A DNA stretch of 64,000 nucleotides from an uncultured Verrucomicrobiae bacterium (GTDB taxonomy: Bacteria; Verrucomicrobiota; Verrucomicrobiia; Chthoniobacterales; Terrimicrobiaceae), in the NCBI GenBank assembly GCA_963706955.1, contig CAVPOC010000006.1:288001-352000 (forward strand), in the 5' to 3' direction. Within the stretch, counting starts at the first letter, position 1. Each line of letters opens with the position of its first letter. Shown one piece after another: positions 55,388-64,000 of the stretch. The position numbers were made by a program, and so were the translations under genes. The notes beneath the pieces are model-generated. The model made no database searches. It saw nothing but the letters and a program-made list of their open reading frames with translations, and was not told the origin of the DNA.

Positions 55388-56035
55388 ATGTCCTCCTCCT
55401 ATCCTACCTCCGAAGGCCGTAAGCTTCTTCTTGCCTTGATTGAGACCGTCGACACCAATGGCGCTTACCTTAGCGAAATCGACGGAGCTACTGGAGACGG
55501 CGACCACGGGATCAATATGACCAAGGGCGTGCGCCGGACGAAGGAGAAGCTTGGGGAACAAAACGTGACCGTTCCCCAAGGTCTTGACATGCTCGGCCAG
55601 GTGCTTCTCGCCGAGATTGGGGGAGCCATGGGCCCACTCTACGGCAGCTTCTTCATCGATATGGGCACCGCCTGCGGAGATGCTCCTGCCGTCGACAAAG
55701 AGGTCTTCGGTAAGATGCTCAAGGCGGGAGTAGCCGCGATGCAGGATCTCGGTGGAGCGAAAGTAGGCGACAAGACGATGATGGATGCCTTGATTCCGGC
55801 GTCCGAGGAATATGAGAAAGCGGTGTCGGAGGGAGCAAGCTTCTCTGACGCGCTGAATCGAATGACCGATGCGGCCGAGAGAGGCAGGGAGGCTACTCGG
55901 GGGATGATTGCCAAGTTGGGCCGAGCCAGCCGGCTAGGAGAACGCTCTCGGGGAATCCTTGACGCTGGCGCCGTCTCCTGTTCGCTGATTCTAAAGACAT
56001 TTTCGGATACCTTGCAGAGCGCGAAGGAAAATTAA
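55388..56035 (+). CDS. dhaL: Dihydroxyacetone/erythrulose kinase, ADP-binding subunit L
   Basis: DGATGDGDHGINM, GGAMGPLYG, GDKTMMDAL and GRASRLGERS. Confidence 0.93.
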   Translation: MSSSYPTSEGRKLLLALIETVDTNGAYLSEIDGATGDGDHGINMTKGVRRTKEKLGEQNVTVPQGLDMLGQVLLAEIGGAMGPLYGSFFIDMGTACGDAPAVDKEVFGKMLKAGVAAMQDLGGAKVGDKTMMDALIPASEEYEKAVSEGASFSDALNRMTDAAERGREATRGMIAKLGRASRLGERSRGILDAGAVSCSLILKTFSDTLQSAKEN

Positions 56036-56557
56036 GCGTTATGCCTAGCTTTCCTGCCGATCTCCGCGGACCGCCTCGACGCTCCGTCCGCTAATTCAAA
56101 TTTTTTTGACATCTGTTAGTCTTTCCTTCTCGAGATTGAGAATGAAGGGCGACAGGGAGCTTGAGCCAAAACACGACGCATCTTCTCCCGCACATAGCAG
56201 CTCCGAGTGCCAACTTGCAAGTTGTGGGCGGTGTTAGTTCCGACCGAGGCGCTGGGCGTCGCTTTGATGCGCCCTTTGAATTCTTACGGTCCAAGACATC
56301 TTCGCCGACGAACCCGATGCTTGACAGGCTGCAGCGTTCCGTTGGAGGGGAAACAAGTAGTCGTTGCCGTATTTGGAAGATGAAGCGGTCGGAGATATGC
56401 GGAGCTTGGGCCCCATCGAACCGAATTTTATCGCCAGATGCGGGTGACGGCCGTTTCACATTCGCGTCACTCTTGGTGGGCGACGAGCGCGATCACGTTC
56501 AGAGATGGGGTCACCGAGCGACCATTGGCGCAAGCAGACCTTCACGAACAAGGTTCC

Positions 56558-57586
56558 ATGTTAGTGAGAGAGACTAATCGAACATACGAGGTGCCGGGCG
56601 ATTCCGAGCAAATCGTCCGGGCGGCTTGGTTATACCATGTCGCGGGTAATACCCAGGAGCAGACAGCCGATCTGCTGGGAATCTCCCGCGTAAAGGTGAA
56701 CCGGCTTTTGGCGGAGGCGCGAGAGTTCGGGATCGTCAAAATCTCCATCGAACATCGTTTTGCCCGAATGGTGGAGGTCGAAGAGAAAATTAGACGGCGC
56801 CATAATCTTACGTTTTGCCGCACCACGCCACCGATCGTGTCTTACTCTCCCGCGCGACGAAAGACCCTTCCTTCCCGATCCAGACTCGAAGCCGAAAGCC
56901 CGATTGCGCGTCGAGCGGTCGCTATTGTCGCTGCGGAATTGCTTCGTGAACGACTCCAAGCCGACGAGAGCAGCGTGATCGGAGTGGGCTGGGGGAGAAC
57001 CATGGCTGCGGTTCCAGATCACCTCACCGGTGTGACCAAACCCAGCGTCAAATTTGTCTCGGTGATGGGCTCGTTGACACGCACCTCGGCAGCGAACCTC
57101 TTTGAAGTCGTTTATCAATTTGCTGAAAGGACGGGCGGAGAAGGGCACTTTCTTCCCGTTCCTTTCATTGCAAACACGATCGCGGACCGTCAGATCTTCA
57201 TGTCGCAGCGCATTTTTAAAGAGACGCTTGCTCTCGCCGAACAGGCGAGCTTCTACATGGCGACCTTTGGACCATGTGACGAGCACAGCCTTCTCTTCAA
57301 ACAGCGCTATTTATCCGGGGTGGAGCTTCAGGATCTCAAGCGGGCGGGTGCCGTCTGCGATTGTCTGGGCAAGTTCTTCAACGCTGACGGCAAAGTGGCG
57401 CAGAGTGACGTAAATCAACGAACCCTCTCCGTCGAGTTGGATCACCTTTTTGAAAGAGAAGTGATCCTTCTCTGCGCCGGAAGGGAAAAGCTGGAGGCGG
57501 TCCAAGCCTTGCTGAAAGCCGGCTTCGTTAATGGATTGATTATCGATGGCGACACAGCACTTTTGCTGAGCGAAGCGCGCGATTGA
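56558..57586 (+). CDS. SorC/DeoR-type sugar-binding transcriptional regulator
   Basis: RAAWLYHVAGNTQEQTADLLGISRVKVNRLL HTH; IGVGWGRT and GLIIDG; start placed at ATG 56558. Confidence 0.92.
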   Translation: MLVRETNRTYEVPGDSEQIVRAAWLYHVAGNTQEQTADLLGISRVKVNRLLAEAREFGIVKISIEHRFARMVEVEEKIRRRHNLTFCRTTPPIVSYSPARRKTLPSRSRLEAESPIARRAVAIVAAELLRERLQADESSVIGVGWGRTMAAVPDHLTGVTKPSVKFVSVMGSLTRTSAANLFEVVYQFAERTGGEGHFLPVPFIANTIADRQIFMSQRIFKETLALAEQASFYMATFGPCDEHSLLFKQRYLSGVELQDLKRAGAVCDCLGKFFNADGKVAQSDVNQRTLSVELDHLFEREVILLCAGREKLEAVQALLKAGFVNGLIIDGDTALLLSEARD

Positions 57587-57730
57587 GCGCCCAAGCTCGT
57601 TAGCAAGAATTCAGAAATTCGCTCGTTCTTCGCCCGTTAACTTCTACACACTTCTTTCGTAAGTCCGGCTTCGCGGCTGCCTCCGGAATAGGGAACGTCC
57701 CGGTTTCGTTCGTCGCCGCGATGGCAGGTC

Positions 57731-58531
57731 TTAAGAAGTGCCGCCAAGGACAGCTTGAACCGCGCGGGCGAAGGCCGTTCCTTGCGATCCAGGCGGACTG
57801 ATCAGCTTGGCGGCGTTGCGGGCATTCTCTCGTCCGTGGTGCATAGCGACCGAAAGTCCCGCCCACTCAAGGAGCTCGACATCATTATTTCCATCACCAA
57901 ACGCGACGACATCTCCGCTGGCAATCCCGAGCACTTTAGCAACGGCCTCGGCCCCGACCGCTTTATTGATGTCGGGCGCCGCTACCTCCAGGATTTCATT
58001 TTCCGTGCGGACAACATACATTTCTCCTCCAAACCGTCGCTCGACATCCTGTTGAATGGTATCGATCGTTTCGGGCGCGTGAATAAGAAGCAATTTTTGC
58101 AAGCCGGTCACGGCCAAGTCATTTAGCTTCCCACGCTTTGGGTGCCAGCCGGCGCCCAAGGCATAGCGCAGCGTCCATTCGGAGCTCTGGTCTGCGAAGG
58201 CTCCATCCCGGTGGTAACCGACCACCGTTAAACCTCGCTCTGCCCCATAGCGACAGACGTCCAGAGCTTGAACGAGCGTGAGCGTCCGTTCGTGCAACAA
58301 GGCCGACGTCCGGGCGTGCCTGACGACGGCACCATTGGAAGAGATTACCCAACCCTGTTGCCCGATCCGATCTTCAAAGCGAACGATATTCTCGTGGTGT
58401 CGACCTGACCCGATGATGATTTCAAACCCGCTCTCTCTTAAAGCCTGTAAGGCTTGCAAATTCGCGGGACTGATCGTCTTGTCCGGCGATAAGAGTGTGT
58501 CATCGAGGTCAATCACTGCCATTTTTTGCAT
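57731..58531 (-). CDS. Cof-type HAD-IIB phosphatase
   Basis: DLDDTLL, SGR, SSNGA, NKA and AFGDGNNDVELL. Confidence 0.92.
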   Translation of the reverse strand: MQKMAVIDLDDTLLSPDKTISPANLQALQALRESGFEIIIGSGRHHENIVRFEDRIGQQGWVISSNGAVVRHARTSALLHERTLTLVQALDVCRYGAERGLTVVGYHRDGAFADQSSEWTLRYALGAGWHPKRGKLNDLAVTGLQKLLLIHAPETIDTIQQDVERRFGGEMYVVRTENEILEVAAPDINKAVGAEAVAKVLGIASGDVVAFGDGNNDVELLEWAGLSVAMHHGRENARNAAKLISPPGSQGTAFARAVQAVLGGTS

Positions 58532-58587
58532 GCGGCAAACTTCGGTGAGCCATCAATTTCTTCCAATGGAAAATTGTTATAGCGATG

Positions 58588-58602
58588 ATAACCTCCGGTT
58601 AT
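58588..58602. promoter_or_regulatory. LysR-type T-N11-A binding palindrome overlapping the lysR start codon
   Basis: ATAAC-CTCCG-GTTAT, between the divergent HAD and lysR genes. Confidence 0.65.
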
Positions 58603-59476
58603 GGAAATGCGGGAACTTCGCTCCTTTGTCCTCCTCGGCCAACAATTACATTTCGGCCGGACGGCGCGTCTTTTGAACCTAAGTCAGCCCGCACTCACCA
58701 AACAAATTCGGAAAATCGAAGAAGATCTTGGATGTTTGCTGTTCCAGAGAGGGAAGCATGGAACGAAATTGACTAGCGCTGGTGAGACATTCCTGGAAGA
58801 GGCCAAACTGATCGTGAGCAGCTTTGACCGGCTCCTGGAACGAGGACGTAGACTCGCGCAGGGAGAGATCGGCCGGCTCAGAATCGGATTCGGCTTTCAT
58901 ACCTTTGAGTTGGTGCCACGTGTGATCGCTCGACTGCGGCGGGTGGCCCCTGCCGTGGAGATAAGTTTGCGAGACATGTCGACCGCCGAGCAGATCGAAG
59001 CGCTGCGAAACCGTCGAATTGATGCAGGATTCGTGCGCGCACCAGCATCCAAGGAGTTCGAAAGCATGCCCGTCATTGATGATCGGCTCATACTGGTGAC
59101 CTCCAAGAATTCCGGGTTGCCACAAAAAGCGACGCTCCGCGACTGCACGAAACAACCGTTCATCCTCATCTCGAATGAGCGTGCTCCAACCTTCCGGCGG
59201 CACGCGCTTGCTCTTTGTGCGAAGCATGGTTTCCATCCGCGTTTGATTCAGGACACAAGTGAAGTCACGACATCGTTGGCGCTGGCTCGCGCCAACCTTG
59301 GAGTCACGCTTATTCCGCAATCGTTCGGCACAGCGCACATCACGGGCGTGCGCGTTCACGCCTTGGATGATCCTGAGGCAGCATGGGCAGTCAGCGCGGC
59401 ATGGCGGAAAGGGGATACAAATCCTGTCTTGAAGCGCTTTATTGAGCTGTTGAGAGACGAGATCGCTAGCCGTTAG
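58601..59476 (+). CDS. LysR family transcriptional regulator
   Basis: LHFGRTARLLNLSQPALTKQIRKIEEDLG HTH and LysR substrate-binding domain. Confidence 0.95.
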   Translation: MEMRELRSFVLLGQQLHFGRTARLLNLSQPALTKQIRKIEEDLGCLLFQRGKHGTKLTSAGETFLEEAKLIVSSFDRLLERGRRLAQGEIGRLRIGFGFHTFELVPRVIARLRRVAPAVEISLRDMSTAEQIEALRNRRIDAGFVRAPASKEFESMPVIDDRLILVTSKNSGLPQKATLRDCTKQPFILISNERAPTFRRHALALCAKHGFHPRLIQDTSEVTTSLALARANLGVTLIPQSFGTAHITGVRVHALDDPEAAWAVSAAWRKGDTNPVLKRFIELLRDEIASR

Positions 59477-59495
59477 TCTAAAAGGGCGATTGGCG

Positions 59496-60122
59496 ATGAA
59501 CATCGAATCTCTCCTGCTCTATCTTTCGACCTGGCTCCTCGTTGCTCTTACGCCTGGTCCAGCGGTCATCTATGTCGTGTCTCAAACGGCCAGATATGGA
59601 CTGCAGGCCGGGTTGCGCGGAATTGTTGGAATACAGCTTGGCAACCTCATTGTCTTCCTCTGCATAGCGGTGGGGCTGGTCACGCTCCTGCCGGCGATGA
59701 CCCACGCGTTTGTGGTTCTGCAAATTGCAGGCGCCGCTTATTTAATCTATCTCGGTTTTCGAATCATCATCTCTTCTCTTCAGCGAGCGCCGCGTGAAAC
59801 GAGCCCGCCTTGCCGGCCAGCAGAAGCGGGCGGCAATCTCGTGCAAGCGGTTCTCCTTCAGCTCACCAATCCTAAAGCCCTGATGTTCGTCTCGGCGTTA
59901 GTGCCGCAGTTTCTTGATCCTGAGCGACAGCTGATGTTTCAAATGGCGATTCTTCTGAGCTGCACCGTTGCGGTGGACGCAGTTGTTTTGGGATCGTATG
60001 TGTTGCTTGCAGATCGTGGCAAGCGTGCGCTCCGTCACGCCGGAGTTTCAAGATGGATTGAATGCGCCTTCGGTGTCGCGCTGGTAGGACTTGGCGTCAG
60101 ACTTCTTGATTGGCGAAAATGA
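59496..60122 (+). CDS. LysE/RhtB family translocator
   Basis: LTPGPA, GAAYLIYLG and QLTNPKAL. Confidence 0.92.
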   Translation: MNIESLLLYLSTWLLVALTPGPAVIYVVSQTARYGLQAGLRGIVGIQLGNLIVFLCIAVGLVTLLPAMTHAFVVLQIAGAAYLIYLGFRIIISSLQRAPRETSPPCRPAEAGGNLVQAVLLQLTNPKALMFVSALVPQFLDPERQLMFQMAILLSCTVAVDAVVLGSYVLLADRGKRALRHAGVSRWIECAFGVALVGLGVRLLDWRK

Positions 60123-60362
60123 TCGCGGATTGCCCTTCCCGGATCTTCTTGGAAACAGGGTGCATTTTCGGGTTGGGAAATCCGAATAACTACGTCATTG
60201 CCCCGCATTTTTTAAACGGTGCTACTTCTCCGCCAGCTTCCGAATGCCTAACGGTTGCGAGGGAAGCGCGCTAAAATTAAACTGGCCCGAGATAGCAGTA
60301 TTTGCATGAGGGCAGCTTCCCGGACCTTGAGAAGTCGCGCCATGATTTAAGATGCGCCAGGC

Positions 60363-61658
60363 TCACTTGTTGTATGTGACTCGCCAGATCGAGTCATTTG
60401 CATCCTCGCTTACGAGAAGCGAGCCGTCTTTCATTACGGCCAGACCCACTGGACGGCCCCAAACGTTTCCCTCAGGCGTAACAAATCCCGTGAGAAAATC
60501 CTCATACACACCTTTGGGTCTGCCGCGATCCAGTGGCACTCGCACCACCTTATACCCTGTTCGCTTGGCTCTGTTCCAGGACCCATGTAGCGCGACAAAG
60601 GCATCTCCGCGATAATCGTCCGGAAATTGATCGCCGGTGTAAAAGATCATCTGCAGAGGCGCCGAATGCGCCTGCACTAACACATCTGGTAGGAGAACCT
60701 TGTCGGCGAGATCTGGACGAGCACCCGGATGGCGGGGATCCTGACGCTTCCCAAGGTAGAACCAAGGCCACCCGTAGAATCCGCCTTCGCGCACCCGGGT
60801 GATGTAGTCCGGGACAAGATCGTCGCCCAGCCCATCGCGCTCATTTACCGAGGCCCAGAGCTCACCCGTCTCCGGATGAATGGCAATGCCGACCGCATTG
60901 CGCAAGCCCCACGCGAATACTTTCCTGTTCGAACCGTCCGGATTAAACTGGAGAATGCGAGCGCGGTCACGCTCCTCGGGTTGAGTGGTCTCGTCGTCAA
61001 CATTTGTCTTCGATCCGATCGAGGCAAAAAGCCGGTTTCCATCCTTTGAAAAAACAATATCGCGAGTCCAGTGCCCTCCGCCGGTCAGTCTTCCACCCGA
61101 AGAGAGATCTGCGACGTGCATGGGCCGGCTGCGCGCCTTTAGATCGCCGTCGCGGTATGGAAAGCGCACGATTCCGTTGGTATTGGCCACATAGAGATAT
61201 TCCGGCGAAGGTCCCGGCGGATAGAAGGCAAGTCCAAACGGCTGTCGCAGGCCAGTGGCAAACGGTTGGTTGACTTCGGGACGGCCATCACCGTCAGCGT
61301 CGCGGAGGATCCGAATTCTGCCAGCGTAACTTTCCGCGACAAAGATATCGCCGTTCGGGGCCGTCAGCAGGTAGCGGGGCGTCTCCAATTCGCTGGCGAA
61401 AAGTGTCACCTTAAACCCGTTCGGAACATTCGGCGTTGCGCCTTTGGGGCGAGCGACAACTTTAGGTCCGTTATAGACGGATGGTGTTGAATAGTCCGGC
61501 GGAAGATCCTCGATGGTGATCTTATGCTCGACGCCAGGCGCGTCTGATTGCCAGTCGCCGGCCTTTCCCTGGCCGATCAAGACACTATTTTCAGCAAGGC
61601 ACGGTCCCGCGAGGGCTACGGCCAGCCACGACGCCGCGGCTCGCTGAGCGAAATTCAT
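60363..61658 (-). CDS. Secreted sorbosone/PQQ-dependent sugar dehydrogenase family protein
   Basis: VPNGFKVTLFA, GHWTRDI, GLRNAVG, VNERDGLGDDLVPDY, HGSWNR and GRPVGLA. Confidence 0.9.
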   Translation of the reverse strand: MNFAQRAAASWLAVALAGPCLAENSVLIGQGKAGDWQSDAPGVEHKITIEDLPPDYSTPSVYNGPKVVARPKGATPNVPNGFKVTLFASELETPRYLLTAPNGDIFVAESYAGRIRILRDADGDGRPEVNQPFATGLRQPFGLAFYPPGPSPEYLYVANTNGIVRFPYRDGDLKARSRPMHVADLSSGGRLTGGGHWTRDIVFSKDGNRLFASIGSKTNVDDETTQPEERDRARILQFNPDGSNRKVFAWGLRNAVGIAIHPETGELWASVNERDGLGDDLVPDYITRVREGGFYGWPWFYLGKRQDPRHPGARPDLADKVLLPDVLVQAHSAPLQMIFYTGDQFPDDYRGDAFVALHGSWNRAKRTGYKVVRVPLDRGRPKGVYEDFLTGFVTPEGNVWGRPVGLAVMKDGSLLVSEDANDSIWRVTYNK

Positions 61659-61743
61659 GACACGTGCAATCAGAGTCAAGAGGCTAACTCAGCCGGTCGT
61701 GCTTGTCTAATGCCACCGGCAGTCTGTGGACCGGAACGCGCCG

Positions 61744-62331
61744 TTAATCCTTAGGATTGCGAACGCCAATGACGCCCACGGCGAGGCGATCGCCCGCGTT
61801 CCCAGATGGCTGGCTACCATCGTCCACTTTTGCATGGACCACCACGCCGCGTCCGATGATCGGATTCAAGCGGCCGGCTAGTGAGATATTGTCCACGGTC
61901 AACTTAAAGTTGGCGTTGCCCGCCTCATCGGACTCTAGGTTACCAAAGTCTCCCGCATGACGGTTCTCTTTGTCCGGCAGCGCATGCGGATGGTGCATTG
62001 GGTTATAATGATCACCAGCGCTCTTTCCATCCTTGGAGGTGAGGTCACCGTACTGGTGGATATGAATGGCATGCTTTGAATTTGGGGGCAGCCCGGTTAG
62101 TTTCGCCTCGATCTCGACTTGACCCTTCTCGCCTGGTTTGAATGTGATCACACCAGTTGTCTGGTTTCCCTCGGTCGGCGATAGCACCGCGACCAATTCT
62201 GTCGCATCAACAATCACCGGAGAGGATTCCATTGCTTCATCTACCGGCTCTTCCGCTATCGACAACAAGGGCGCACCAAATGTGAGACTGAGGGTGGCGA
62301 GAGTGATGAAGAGGCGAGCGTTTGTGCGCAT
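61744..62331 (-). CDS. sodC: Periplasmic Cu/Zn superoxide dismutase
   Basis: HAIHIH, AGDHYNP, RHAGDFGNL, VVVHAKVDD and GNAGDRLAVGVI; signal peptide. Confidence 0.92.
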   Translation of the reverse strand: MRTNARLFITLATLSLTFGAPLLSIAEEPVDEAMESSPVIVDATELVAVLSPTEGNQTTGVITFKPGEKGQVEIEAKLTGLPPNSKHAIHIHQYGDLTSKDGKSAGDHYNPMHHPHALPDKENRHAGDFGNLESDEAGNANFKLTVDNISLAGRLNPIIGRGVVVHAKVDDGSQPSGNAGDRLAVGVIGVRNPKD

Positions 62332-62417
62332 CTCTGACCTTCGCAAATTTGCCCGCAAGCGCAATCAGTAGTGCGTCCTAGCAGAGTCTCAGCATTTTCC
62401 CGATCCCTGGGGCGTCG

Positions 62418-63314
62418 TCAATCGAGTCCGCGAGGATCAAAGGCGTCTCTCAACGCGTCACCAAGGAAGTTCAGCGCCAGCAGGGTTACGGCCATCGCAG
62501 CTGCGGGAAATGCCACCAGCCACCACCGGATGAAGACGGGGTTGAGTGCGGCGGCACCGTCAGCCAGCAGCGATCCCCAGCTCGCCGCAGGCGCTTGCAC
62601 GCCAAGCCCAAGGAAACTCAGGAAAGATTCGTCGATGATCACGGCCGGGATCGTCAGCGTGAGATAGATCAAGATGACTCCGGCGAGGTTTGGCAGGAGA
62701 TGCCTTAAAATGATCCGGTGATGAGACTGGCCCAAAGCGGTGGCCGCTGTTACGAAGGCGCGGCTCTTGAGCGCGAGCGTTTGCCCCCGAACAATCCTCG
62801 CGAGCGTCAACCATTCAATGACACCGAGTGAAACGATGAGAATAGCGATTCGTGAGGACGTAACCAGCCAATCCCAGCCGATCTTTGAAGCGAATTCCTG
62901 GAGCTGAGAATTGAACGCATTTATACAAATAAGAATAAAGATGAGCCTGGGAATAGAGTAGAGAATGTCGACGCCCCGCATCATGAAATTGTCGAGTCTT
63001 CCTCCGCAGTAGCCGGCTATCAAACCATAGGCGGCTCCGATGAATAGGCTGACGAATGCGCCGCACAATCCCACCAGCAACGAAATCCGGCCTCCGGCAA
63101 GGACACGGTAGAGAAGGTCACGCCCATTGAGATCTGTCCCGAAGGGGTGATCAAGGGAAGGAGGAGCGAAAGAAAGAGGCCCGGGTTCGGAATAGCTAAC
63201 CGGAAGCAGAAGCGGTCCGAGAACGACACTTATGCTGATGACTAGGAGTATTCCCGCCGAGACCAGGGCTACAGGATTTTTCCAAAACTTACCGAGGGCT
63301 CTCTGATCAAGCAT
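62418..63314 (-). CDS. oppC: Oligopeptide ABC transporter permease (OppC/DppC)
   Basis: HPFGTDLNGRD, ARIVRGQ, RHLLPN and ESFLSFLGLGVQAPAASWG. Confidence 0.92.
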   Translation of the reverse strand: MLDQRALGKFWKNPVALVSAGILLVISISVVLGPLLLPVSYSEPGPLSFAPPSLDHPFGTDLNGRDLLYRVLAGGRISLLVGLCGAFVSLFIGAAYGLIAGYCGGRLDNFMMRGVDILYSIPRLIFILICINAFNSQLQEFASKIGWDWLVTSSRIAILIVSLGVIEWLTLARIVRGQTLALKSRAFVTAATALGQSHHRIILRHLLPNLAGVILIYLTLTIPAVIIDESFLSFLGLGVQAPAASWGSLLADGAAALNPVFIRWWLVAFPAAAMAVTLLALNFLGDALRDAFDPRGLD

Positions 63315-64000
63315 CGAGGCGGATCCTTCGGTCGAGCAACGTGTAAATGACGTCCACCGCGAGATTGAAGAACACGAGCATCGTGCAATAGACGATGACG
63401 ACTCCGCCAAGGAGAAATCCGTCACGATTCAGGATCGAGTTCACAAAAAATCCACCGGCGCCCGGAATGTAGAAAATGGTTTCGACAACGATCGAGCCCG
63501 TCAGCAAATGTGCTGCCAGAGGACCGAGGAACGAAACAACGGGAAGGATGGCGACTCGCAGGGCGTGGCGGTAGAGGACGAACCGCTCGGCCAAGCCCTT
63601 GGCTCGCGCCGTTCGAATAAAGTCCTGACCAAGCGTCTCCATCATGCTGCCGCGCAGCAAGCGCGCGATGTAGGCAACGTAGGGAGCTGCCAGTGTGATG
63701 GCAGGCAGGATAACCGCGCTCGCGCTGCTCCAACCGCCCACCGGCAGCCAGTGGAGCCAAAAACTGAAGATCAGGATCAAGACGGGTCCGGTGATGAAGG
63801 CAGGCAAGGAAATCGCTGCCAGCGCCAGCAGCATCGCTAACGTATCCTTCCATGTTCCATGGCCGGCAGCCGCGGCAACGCCAAGAAAAGTACCGCCTGT
63901 TATGGCCACGGCGAACGCGAAGGCGCCAAGCGTCATCGTCACGGGAAGAGTCTGCGCCAGAATCTCGGCGACACTGCGATTTCGATACTTCGTGGAGTCG
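63307..64000 (-). CDS. oppB: Oligopeptide ABC transporter permease (OppB/DppB), 5' end beyond the window
   Basis: ILPAITL, DFIRTARAKGL, RHALR and GSIVVETIFYIPG. Confidence 0.92.
   Translation of the reverse strand, partial: DSTKYRNRSVAEILAQTLPVTMTLGAFAFAVAITGGTFLGVAAAAGHGTWKDTLAMLLALAAISLPAFITGPVLILIFSFWLHWLPVGGWSSASAVILPAITLAAPYVAYIARLLRGSMMETLGQDFIRTARAKGLAERFVLYRHALRVAILPVVSFLGPLAAHLLTGSIVVETIFYIPGAGGFFVNSILNRDGFLLGGVVIVYCTMLVFFNLAVDVIYTLLDRRIRLDA

Noticed and set aside
56036..56557. Riboswitch or hidden dhaM in the 520-bp gap before the SorC regulator
   Set aside because: No known aptamer consensus or EIIA-Man motif was recognised in the listed ORFs; left unexplained.

Overview
This 64-kb window looks like chromosomal DNA from a moderately GC-rich diderm bacterium. 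Gene content and order (kdsA-lptCAB-hprK-ptsH-ptsI, FHA proteins, TPR protein) suggest Verrucomicrobiota, possibly Chthoniobacterales-like; this is an inference. Most of it is housekeeping or accessory metabolism: fdhD with a YdeP/FdhF molybdoenzyme, a cysC-glycosyltransferase-sulfotransferase cassette, a NamZ/3D-domain/GNAT cell-wall module, a GH13 amylase, the LPS-transport/PTS cluster, a PhnDCE-like ABC transporter, FHA-domain signalling genes, riboflavin synthase, tRNA-Glu(CTC), a ~13-kb polyol catabolic operon (likely erythritol/L-threitol), Cu/Zn SOD and opp permeases. Signals the ORF track misses: (1) the C-terminus of a CKGxNxCKGxGGC Cys-rich peptide at the left edge; (2) a decayed 2.8-kb integrative element in tRNA-Glu with att repeats, arm-like repeats, integrase and HEPN relics, and an intact-looking C4/CI-like antisense RNA switch; (3) a rod-shaped structured RNA upstream of riboflavin synthase that is not an FMN riboswitch; (4) a 1-nt frameshift inside an 18-bp repeat in lptC; (5) eroded modA/modB and tonB relics flanking a PhnDCE-like operon that has a Fur-like box. 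No CRISPR array or rRNA was seen. All family assignments come from motif recognition by eye, without database searches.
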